Shown piece by piece: positions 56,376 through 64,000 of a DNA stretch of 64,000 nucleotides. The translations under genes and the position numbers were made by a program. Source of the stretch: Patescibacteria group bacterium. GTDB taxonomy: Bacteria > Patescibacteriota > Minisyncoccia > Phycocordibacterales > UBA9973. The notes under the pieces were generated by a model, which saw only the letters and a list, made by a program, of their open reading frames with translations, was not told the origin of the DNA and did no database searches. Position 1 is the stretch's first letter, and the number at the start of each line of letters is the position of its first letter. The stretch spans positions 26,505 through 90,504 of the forward strand of contig JBBTUY010000006.1 in the NCBI GenBank assembly GCA_038063515.1. The letters run 5' to 3'.

Positions 56376-57125
56376 ATGACAACAATATATTTATATAGCT
56401 TTGCAAGCGTTATTGTGGTGAGCCTGATTTCTCTTGTTGGGGTTTTTACACTCTCATTAAAAGAGAAATTTATGCGTAAATACATCTTTGTATTTATTAG
56501 TGTTGCTGTGGGGGCATTATTAGGAGATGCATTTATACATCTTATTCCTGAAGCTTTTGAGATTTCAAATAATCAAATCCTAACAAGTATTTTTATTATT
56601 GCAGGAATATTTTTCTTTTTTAGCTTGGAGAAATTTCTGCACTGGCATCACCATGGTGAAGATGAAGGTGAGACAAGTGTGCATCCTATGGGAAAGCTAT
56701 TACTTGTGTCTGATGGTGTGCATAATTTTATTGATGGTGTAGTTATCGGGGCGAGTTTTCTTGTGAGTGTGCCTGTCGGTATAGCTACTTCTATAGCTGT
56801 TATTCTACATGAAATTCCTCAAGAGATAGGGGATTTTGCTGTACTTATGCATTCAGGATATTCTAAAGGTAGGGCACTTTTCTTGAATTTTCTTTCAGGC
56901 ATCTTTTCAGTATTTGGTCTTGTGTTTTTGTTTACGATACAAAATGTATCAGAGATTGCTGAGTTTGTTTTCCTGCCACTTGCTGCAGGGGGATTTATTT
57001 ACATAGCTCTCGCTGACCTCATACCTGAGCTTCATAAAACAAAAGAGGTGAGGCATTCTTTACTCCAACTATTTTCTGTTATTGTCGGAGTTTTGTTTAT
57101 GGTTGGTTTGCTTTGGTTGGAATAA
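56376..57125 (+). CDS. ZIP-family metal transporter
   Basis: GDAFIHLIPE, His-rich loop HWHHHG, HNFIDG, HEIPQEIGDF. Confidence 0.95.
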   Translation: MTTIYLYSFASVIVVSLISLVGVFTLSLKEKFMRKYIFVFISVAVGALLGDAFIHLIPEAFEISNNQILTSIFIIAGIFFFFSLEKFLHWHHHGEDEGETSVHPMGKLLLVSDGVHNFIDGVVIGASFLVSVPVGIATSIAVILHEIPQEIGDFAVLMHSGYSKGRALFLNFLSGIFSVFGLVFLFTIQNVSEIAEFVFLPLAAGGFIYIALADLIPELHKTKEVRHSLLQLFSVIVGVLFMVGLLWLE

Positions 57126-57238
57126 AATAACAAAGACACTTTTTGGAGGGGTCTCTCATCTGGCGAGATGAGAGTTTCAGGATTTTCCAAGCTTCGGAAA
57201 ATCCGTACCGAAAAAAAGTCGGTCTTTGTTATTTTATT
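57121..57238 (+). repeat. Family A palindromic element, copy A5
   Basis: Core GGAGGGGTCTCTCATCTGGCGAGATGAGAGTTTCAGGATTTTCCAAGCTTCGGAAAATCCGTACCG; arms AATAAAATAACAAAGAC / GTCTTTGTTATTTTATT. Confidence 0.9.
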
Positions 57239-57245
57239 TCATGTA

Positions 57246-58337
57246 TTAGAAAGGATTTTTACCACCGAGGACTTCGATGTGTAGATGGTTACCTCTGGAG
57301 CTACCTGTGTTTCCTACGTAGCCAATAGTTTCTCCTTGGGCAACTGTATCGCCTGCACCGGTGCCGAGCTTGGACATATGAGCATAGAGAGTTTTAACAC
57401 CATTAGCGTGTTGAATGATGACCATGTTACCAAAACCTCCATTGAAACCCATTCTCGCTACAAGCACCTTGCCTGCTGCTGGGGCATAAATAGGGGTACC
57501 TTCAGGCGCTGCTAAGTCTACGCCTTTGTGTGTTACAGTTATTCCTCGTGTTCTTCTTGCACCTGGGACTGGATTTTTAAACAAGCCAGATAGACTTACA
57601 GTAGAAGATGATTGTGTACTTTTAGGTTTTGTTGTTGCTACCTTTTTAGGTGCGGTCGGTTTTTCATTTTCTGTTTCAGCACCTGGTATTATGAGCTTTT
57701 CACCTACAGGGAGATTTGTACCTATTTCTATGTTGTTGGCAGAAAGTATGTCTCCAAGCTCAACTTTGTATGTGGTAGCTATTGTTTTTAGTGTTTGGCC
57801 TTTTGTTATGGTGTGTTCTATTCCAGAAAAGGGAAGTATGAGCAAAACATCGCCCTCTTTTACTGATTCACCCTTCTTTATATCATTTGCGCTCATTATC
57901 GTACTTACAGAGACATCAAACATCTCTGCTATTTGTGAAATACTGTCTCCTTTTCTGACTATGTATACGCTTACTTGCTCAAAAGTGAACTCTTCAACTT
58001 CTTTGCCATCTGAAACACCGAGTGGGCTTGTGGCTGGAACTAAAGCATTGTTTGAGATAGCAGTTGCATTATTTTGATCATCGGATACCTCATTTTTCTT
58101 GTCTCCGGTTACTGGGGGGAGTTTACTTGCTTGCAGGAGAGTCATTGTCTGGGAATTGTTGCTAGGTTTTGTTTCAGGAAGGTTTAAAGGCTGGGCATTC
58201 GCCTCATTTCCTAAGAGGGATGAGATTATGCCTGCTTCAGCATCTGCTGGGACGCCTAGAAGCAAAAAAAGCATCCCTATGGATAGGAAAGGCGAGAGAA
58301 TATGACCAAATATGTTAGATTTATGTTTTATAAACAA
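57246..58337 (-). CDS. LysM x2 plus M23 peptidase (peptidoglycan hydrolase)
   Basis: YIVRKGDSISQIA and HTITKGQTLKTIA LysM repeats; HKGVD, YAHM, HLHIEV M23 motifs. Confidence 0.94.
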   Translation of the reverse strand: MFIKHKSNIFGHILSPFLSIGMLFLLLGVPADAEAGIISSLLGNEANAQPLNLPETKPSNNSQTMTLLQASKLPPVTGDKKNEVSDDQNNATAISNNALVPATSPLGVSDGKEVEEFTFEQVSVYIVRKGDSISQIAEMFDVSVSTIMSANDIKKGESVKEGDVLLILPFSGIEHTITKGQTLKTIATTYKVELGDILSANNIEIGTNLPVGEKLIIPGAETENEKPTAPKKVATTKPKSTQSSSTVSLSGLFKNPVPGARRTRGITVTHKGVDLAAPEGTPIYAPAAGKVLVARMGFNGGFGNMVIIQHANGVKTLYAHMSKLGTGAGDTVAQGETIGYVGNTGSSRGNHLHIEVLGGKNPF

Positions 58338-58748
58338 ATAAAATACCGCAAGATTTCCTTTCTAGCCCAAAATTTACATAAGAAAATAAGGGTAGAATTG
58401 CAGGACGACCATATTTATATAGTGCTGCACTCGCCAAAGGCGATAAGGTTCTTACGATGGTTACTATCTTTACAGGGTTTCGGTGGGGTCTGTCGGGCTC
58501 CTTTACGGGGGTATGTATTAAGGGTAGTTCAATTCACCTACCAAGTCAACCCAAATGTGGATAACTTTATTTTGACTGATTTTTGTTTTATTGTGTAATA
58601 AATAGGTTAAAAATTTGTATTTTTGAGTTAAAAGTGGTAATGTAAGGGTACTTATAAATTAATTTGTTCGTATTTAGACATATAGTAGTGTTCTTATTGA
58701 ACAATACTCCAGTCTGGATACGAGCTCTACCCATTTGGGTTTAAAAAC

Positions 58749-60866
58749 ATGCAAAAAAAGGAATATTCTGTTGAGGTAGGAGGCAAGACGCTTACAGCTA
58801 TCTTTACTGATCTCTCAGATCAGGCTCATGGGTCTGTAATGCTAAAATATGGCGATAGTGTGGTTATGGCTAATGTCTGTATGTCTAAGGACAGCCAGGC
58901 AGGGCTCGGGTATTTCAACCTTACAGTGGACTATGCAGAGAAGTTTTATGCCGCAGGGAAAATCCTCGGCTCACGTTTTGTACGAAGAGAAGGGAAGCCT
59001 TCTGAAGATGCAATTCTTGCAAGTCGTGTCATAGATCGTACTCTTCGTCCGCTCTTTGACCAGTCTATACGTCATGCAGTGCAGGTGATTGTGACTGTGA
59101 TCGCAGTTGATGACAATGATCCTACTATCCTTGCTGTAAATGCGGCATCTCTCGCACTTGCAGTATCAAACATCCCTTGGGCAGGGCCTATTGGATGTGT
59201 ACGTATTGGAAAGTATGACAGTGACGAGCTTGTTATAAATCCTTCACAGAAACTACGCCAAGATGATTCTACATATAAATACGACCTCACTATCTGTGGT
59301 AAAGACGGAAATATAAATATGATCGAGGCTGCAGCTCACGAAACTACAGAGGAAGAGCTTGCTGAAGCATTTAAAAGAGCAAGTATTGAGATAACAAAAT
59401 TAGAAAATTTCCAGAAAAGTATTGTCAAAGAAATAGGTAAAGAAAAAAGAGTGATAGAAAAAGGCACGATCAGTGCTGAGTCTGTAAAGCTTTTTAATGA
59501 AAATATAAGACCTAAGATGGAGAAAGCTATTTTCTCTGGTCCAGGTAAAAAGGAAATAGATGAGTTACACACTATATGGAACAATTTAGTGCGTGAAACA
59601 TTTACAGAGCAAAAAGATTTCTCCCATGAAGACAATTTATTTGATGATACAGAAAATGAAATCCTGCATAAGAAAGCAATAGAGGACAACAAAAGAGCAG
59701 ACGGAAGGGATATGGATGGACTTCGTGATTTGTATGCACAGGCAGGAGGAGTGTCTTCAGTGTTACACGGTTCCGGTATTTTTTACAGAGGGGGGACACA
59801 TGTACTTTCTGTGCTTACTCTCGGTGGACCAGAAGATAGAAACCTCGTAGACGGTCTACAGCTCAAAGTAGAAAAAAGATTTATGCATCACTACAACTTT
59901 CCTCCGTATTCTGCGGGAGAAGTCGGACGATCTGGTTTTACTAATAGACGAGAAGTAGGCCACGGTGCACTTGCAGAAAAGGCTCTCGCTATGGTGCTTC
60001 CCCCCGTTTCTGAATTTCCATATACTATAAGACTCGTATCTGAATCTATGGCATCAAATGGCTCTACTTCACAGGCTTCTATCTGTGCATCAATACTCGC
60101 ACTCATGGATGGAGGTGTACCTATAAAGGCACCAGTCGCTGGTATTGCTATGGGACTCATGTATGAGAGCGATGATAAATACAAAGTGCTCACTGACATT
60201 CAAGGTCCCGAAGATCACCATGGTGATATGGATTTTAAAATTGCTGGTACACGTGCGGGCGTCACAGCTATACAGCTCGATGTAAAAGTAGAGGGCGTGC
60301 CTATAAAGATTCTTTACGAAGCAATGGTGCAGTCTAAAAAAGCTAGATTTAGTATCATTGATGCAATAGAAAAAGAAATTCCTAGTCCACGTACTGAGAT
60401 ATCTTCTAATGCTCCTAAAATTTTAATAATAAAAATATTCCCAGATCAGATCGGAATGGTGATAGGTGGCGGAGGTAAAAATATAAAAGAATTAAAAGAA
60501 AAGACAGGAGCCGAGATAACAATTGAGGATGATGGAACTGTGTACTTTACTGGTAAAGACGGCTCTGCCGAAAAAGCACGAGACATGGTACTCGAGATGA
60601 CGCATGAGTTTAAAGTAGGGGAAATGCTCTCAGGTGAAGTTGTGAAAGTTGCGGACTTTGGTGCGTTTGTGAGACTCAATGCTTTTTCTGATGGACTTGT
60701 GCACATTTCTGAGATGGCACCATTTCGTGTTGAGAGAGTTTCAGATATAATAAAAGAAGGAACAATCGTGCCCGTGAAAGTTATCAAAGTTGATAGAGAA
60801 AACGGAAAGATAAGTCTATCTATCAAAGAGGCAAATATTGATTTCTTTAAAAATATTAAAATATAA
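58749..60866 (+). CDS. pnp: Polyribonucleotide nucleotidyltransferase
   Basis: RREGKPS, SRVIDRTLRPLF, HHYNFPPYS, RREVGHG, SNGSTS, GDMDFK, KH and S1 domains. Confidence 0.98.
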   Translation: MQKKEYSVEVGGKTLTAIFTDLSDQAHGSVMLKYGDSVVMANVCMSKDSQAGLGYFNLTVDYAEKFYAAGKILGSRFVRREGKPSEDAILASRVIDRTLRPLFDQSIRHAVQVIVTVIAVDDNDPTILAVNAASLALAVSNIPWAGPIGCVRIGKYDSDELVINPSQKLRQDDSTYKYDLTICGKDGNINMIEAAAHETTEEELAEAFKRASIEITKLENFQKSIVKEIGKEKRVIEKGTISAESVKLFNENIRPKMEKAIFSGPGKKEIDELHTIWNNLVRETFTEQKDFSHEDNLFDDTENEILHKKAIEDNKRADGRDMDGLRDLYAQAGGVSSVLHGSGIFYRGGTHVLSVLTLGGPEDRNLVDGLQLKVEKRFMHHYNFPPYSAGEVGRSGFTNRREVGHGALAEKALAMVLPPVSEFPYTIRLVSESMASNGSTSQASICASILALMDGGVPIKAPVAGIAMGLMYESDDKYKVLTDIQGPEDHHGDMDFKIAGTRAGVTAIQLDVKVEGVPIKILYEAMVQSKKARFSIIDAIEKEIPSPRTEISSNAPKILIIKIFPDQIGMVIGGGGKNIKELKEKTGAEITIEDDGTVYFTGKDGSAEKARDMVLEMTHEFKVGEMLSGEVVKVADFGAFVRLNAFSDGLVHISEMAPFRVERVSDIIKEGTIVPVKVIKVDRENGKISLSIKEANIDFFKNIKI

Positions 60867-60963
60867 ATTTTGGAGGGGTCTCTCATCTGGCGAGATGAGA
60901 GTTTCAGGATTTTCCAAGCTTCGGAAAATCCGTACCGGAAAAATTTGATATTTTAATATTTTT
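60849..60963 (+). repeat. Family A palindromic element, copy A6
   Basis: Core identical to A5; arms AAAAATATTAAAATAT / ATATTTTAATATTTTT. Confidence 0.9.
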
Positions 60964-60971
60964 TACTACAA

Positions 60972-61829
60972 ATGGACCAACAGCAAAATAATAAAAAAAA
61001 GGGTGATATTGTCCAAACTTATGCCGAAGACATAGTAAAGGTTTTTGAAACTGGGCAAGTGGGAGCTGGTATCAAGGAAATGCTTCACAGTGAAGAGGAG
61101 CAGGAGAAGGTAAGGAACAATTTGTCTCCTCAGTCTACAAAAAACAGAGCATTTATGTTTTTGGGTGTTTTTCTTTTAGCTATTTCCTTTGGGACTTTAA
61201 TTTTCTTTCTATCTAGAGATTACACTCCTTCTGTGGTAGCTACACAACAATTTACCCCTTTAATATTTAACGACAAAGTTGCTCTTGTAGACATAGCAGA
61301 CTTAAAAAAGGATTCTATTGCACCTAAGGTTTTAAAGGATGTGGACACGTCAAAACTAAAAGATGGAGGAGTGGTGGGTATATACCTCACGCTTAAAAAA
61401 TCTCCTGTTTACTTGCGTAATTTTATAGAAATAATAGAAGGTGATGTGGTTTTCCCTGACAAGACTTTTGTTGAGGAAAATTTCTTGCTCGGCATGGTGA
61501 AGAATACAGAGAATGATGTTTTTATGTTAATTAAAATGCGTTCTGTGGCTGATATATTTCCATCTATGCGTCTTTGGGAGAATAAAATGTTTGAGGATCT
61601 GCACTCATTCTTTGGCGTAGATCTTTCATCTGTTACAAAAGACCTCTTAACAAAGGATTTTGAAGACGGAATTATAGAAAATAAAAATGCACGAATGCTT
61701 TATGACGTTGAAGGCAAGATAGTCATGATGTATGTCTTTGCAGATAACAATTCTCTTATTATCACAAACACGCGTGAAGCTGCACGAGAAATAATACTAC
61801 GCTTGGCGACTAGTACTCTTAAGAAGTAG
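60972..61829 (+). CDS. Single-pass membrane hypothetical protein
   Basis: One TM near residues 60-80, extracytoplasmic domain. Confidence 0.75.
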   Translation: MDQQQNNKKKGDIVQTYAEDIVKVFETGQVGAGIKEMLHSEEEQEKVRNNLSPQSTKNRAFMFLGVFLLAISFGTLIFFLSRDYTPSVVATQQFTPLIFNDKVALVDIADLKKDSIAPKVLKDVDTSKLKDGGVVGIYLTLKKSPVYLRNFIEIIEGDVVFPDKTFVEENFLLGMVKNTENDVFMLIKMRSVADIFPSMRLWENKMFEDLHSFFGVDLSSVTKDLLTKDFEDGIIENKNARMLYDVEGKIVMMYVFADNNSLIITNTREAAREIILRLATSTLKK

Positions 61830-62055
61830 TTTCTTCGCGTAAAAGTTCCAGTGCATCTTCACAAGCAAGTAAAGCATTTGCCCCTTTCCCAGCTATATCT
61901 ATATTATTTGGTTTAGTGAGGGTCACAGTAAAAGCATCTTGTTCATTTTTACCATACTTCATTTCATAACCCTTCTCTCTTGCAAGTGTTATCAATTCTG
62001 TTTCTGCGTTATTTTTTAACCACCCATGATTTGTTTCTATATTTTCTCCTGGCAT
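61819..62055 (-). CDS. Small hypothetical protein
   Basis: 78-aa ATG ORF with protein-like composition. Confidence 0.5.
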   Translation of the reverse strand: MPGENIETNHGWLKNNAETELITLAREKGYEMKYGKNEQDAFTVTLTKPNNIDIAGKGANALLACEDALELLREETTS

Positions 62056-62190
62056 ATATTTAAATTTTATACTTATTTATAAAATAAACAAGTTTTTAGT
62101 TTTTTAACTTAAAACTCAAGCTATATTTCTTGAATGTAGTTCCTTAAATCGATTATAGACATATTAATTTATGTGTAGTATTATAATTAT

Positions 62191-62580
62191 ATGAGTGAAG
62201 GTAAAAATACATTAAAAAAACCTAATTTGATAGTAATATTTGGACCTCCTGGGTCCGGTAAATCTACACAATCAGTTCTACTTGAGGAGAAAATGGGCTA
62301 TAAATATATTTCCTGGGGTAGAATTACTAGGAATATTATGAACGGCAATTTTGGATCTGATGATGATAAAAGAATAGTTCTTAACGATCTGGAGCATAAT
62401 TTTTTTTATCCAGAAAAATACATTAAAAATAAAGTACTAGAAAATTTTAAAGAAGAATTACAATTAGGCAATACTAATTTTGTTATTGATGGATTTCCAA
62501 AAAGGCTTCAAGAAGCTAAAGAATGTATAGAAATTATTAAAGAATTAAAGTTGATCGAATGTTTCACAACCAAGATTTAA
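62191..62580 (+). CDS. Adenylate kinase-like P-loop protein, apparently C-terminally truncated
   Basis: FGPPGSGKSTQS and FVIDGFPKRLQEA; only 129 aa. Confidence 0.7.
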   Translation: MSEGKNTLKKPNLIVIFGPPGSGKSTQSVLLEEKMGYKYISWGRITRNIMNGNFGSDDDKRIVLNDLEHNFFYPEKYIKNKVLENFKEELQLGNTNFVIDGFPKRLQEAKECIEIIKELKLIECFTTKI

Positions 62581-63248
62581 TTACAAACAAGCATGAGCAT
62601 GTACAGAATGTATCTGGTAGTTTCATAGAAATAGAGAAAAAATATTTATTAAGTAAGAAGGAAGTTGAGCTTCTTGAACAAAAATGTATAGAAATATCTT
62701 TACAACAAACGTCACATGCATACGAAAAAAATCAAAACTTCGATAGAGAAAATATCTTTGAAAAAGATGATGCTAGATTACGACTACGTACTAAGATATT
62801 AGATTTAAATGGGCAAGAAAAGAATTTTGAATTTACGTATAAAAAAAGACTTTCTACGGAAGGTGGTATAAAAAAAGAAAGCGAACTTAATTTTAACTTC
62901 ACTTCCACTCAATCATCTGAAAACTTATTAAGTATTTTTAAGATTATGGGTTTTAATGAAAAGGATTCCTATGAAAGAATAAGAAAAACTTTCAAGAATA
63001 ATGAGATTCAGTTGACTATAGATGAATTTCCTTTTGGATATATTGCTGAAATTGAAGGTGAGGAGGAAATGGTACTAAAATACGATAATTTACTTAAAAT
63101 GAGTAATTTTTTATTATATTCATTAAGTTGTGATGATGTATATGCTGAGTTGTGTAGAAAAAAAAGGATTAAGCCAAAAAACAACATTCTCTTTGAAGAT
63201 AAAGATATGCCAAAACTTGAAGATTATTTGAAGACATGGAAGAGATAA
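62559..63248 (+). CDS. CYTH-domain (class IV adenylate cyclase / triphosphate tunnel) protein
   Basis: EIEKK (ExExK), RLRLR, FTYK, YERIRKTF, DEFPFGYIAEIEG. Confidence 0.85.
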   Translation: MFHNQDLITNKHEHVQNVSGSFIEIEKKYLLSKKEVELLEQKCIEISLQQTSHAYEKNQNFDRENIFEKDDARLRLRTKILDLNGQEKNFEFTYKKRLSTEGGIKKESELNFNFTSTQSSENLLSIFKIMGFNEKDSYERIRKTFKNNEIQLTIDEFPFGYIAEIEGEEEMVLKYDNLLKMSNFLLYSLSCDDVYAELCRKKRIKPKNNILFEDKDMPKLEDYLKTWKR

Positions 63249-63391
63249 AAAAACTTTTTATAAAACATTTTGGTTTTTTGCCTGATATAATATCAACAAC
63301 TGAACATTCTTATGTTTCTCCACCTTCTCGCTTAGTAAGTAGCTTAATTCAAATTTCAAATTTTACTAATAAAAAAGTACTTAGAATAATA

Positions 63392-64000
63392 ATGACAGAT
63401 AGCTATGCTTCTCCACTGGATACAAGTATGAAAAGTATATGTTTGCCACATATTTTAAATAAAAATATATTCGTAATTGACTTAACGAAATCTAAAGAGG
63501 AAATCATTTCTAAATTAGAAGAAGATTGTCAATTCTTCGAAATGATTCTAGATAAGAAAAATATTTTTTCCAAAGAAGAAAGGTTAAATTATAATACTAT
63601 TATAAATATATACAGATATTCAATAAATAGTTTATCGGACATCGATTCTGTGAGTTTGTATAATAAGATAGTCCAAAAATACATAGAAATTTTCCAATTG
63701 GTTGATTTAAATAAATGGTTAAGTAACAGTGCTTCATTAGGTATAGATTGTTTAAAAATGAGAGTATTTTTAGAGCAGGCCTTCAAAATATTAATAAATA
63801 TTGACCCTGATGCTGTCGATTTGTTTGGAAAATATCTTGAAAATAATAAAAGACTGAAAGTTAGAGACATCAATAATTCTATTAAAATTGTTGATTGGGT
63901 TGTATATAAAAAAGAATTAACAAACAGTTCAAATTCCTACAATGTTATTTCAGAAATAATTTTATATATTTATAGTTATTGTGGAGGTTCTCATTTCGGT
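63392..64000 (+). CDS. Hypothetical protein, 5' part (runs off the window end)
   Basis: Frame open from ATG 63392 (MTDSYASPLDTSMKSICLPH...) to the window end, about 203 codons. Confidence 0.6.
   Translation, partial: MTDSYASPLDTSMKSICLPHILNKNIFVIDLTKSKEEIISKLEEDCQFFEMILDKKNIFSKEERLNYNTIINIYRYSINSLSDIDSVSLYNKIVQKYIEIFQLVDLNKWLSNSASLGIDCLKMRVFLEQAFKILINIDPDAVDLFGKYLENNKRLKVRDINNSIKIVDWVVYKKELTNSSNSYNVISEIILYIYSYCGGSHFG

Noticed and set aside
9214-60963. Family A repeats as a CRISPR array
   Set aside because: Copies are kilobases apart, in both orientations, without spacers; no cas genes in the window.
19-63873. Many 60-180 aa ORFs antisense to or nested in long genes (e.g. 26593..27144, 47418..47900, 57526..58077, 63589..63873)
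   Set aside because: Shadow frames of well-supported genes with no motifs of their own.
1-64000. Alternative genetic code (TGA read as Gly or Trp)
   Set aside because: Conserved genes are full length under the standard bacterial code, and TGA ends yraN and yidD at expected positions.

Overview
Low-GC chromosomal segment that looks like a Patescibacteria/CPR (Parcubacteria-like) genome. The taxon is inferred from gene content: compact housekeeping genes, a PilB ATPase, a PrgI/VirB4/VirB6-like cluster, a TrmB plus Cys-rich protein pair, and tRNA genes without encoded CCA. The window holds the replication origin region (dnaN-oriC-dnaA-rpmH-rnpA-yidD-yidC-jag), many DNA repair and replication genes (uvrA, uvrB, holA, polA, ruvB, ruvC, pcrA, xth, xer), a T4SS-like cluster, a RelE/RelB-type toxin-antitoxin pair, 5 tRNAs, cca and pnp. 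The most unusual signal is a set of small palindromic elements. Family A has six intergenic copies with a conserved, covarying two-hairpin core enclosed by long inverted arms that differ at each locus and often include the neighbouring gene's last codons. Family B has three copies inserted in frame in uvrA, polA and rsmA. Further in-frame palindromes occur in pcrA, ruvC, rnpA and cca. In addition, parS-like centromere sites lie inside the cca coding sequence, next to a remote DnaA-box cluster, and the TA pair is flanked by a 57-bp direct repeat. All calls were made by eye; no database searches or folding programs were run.
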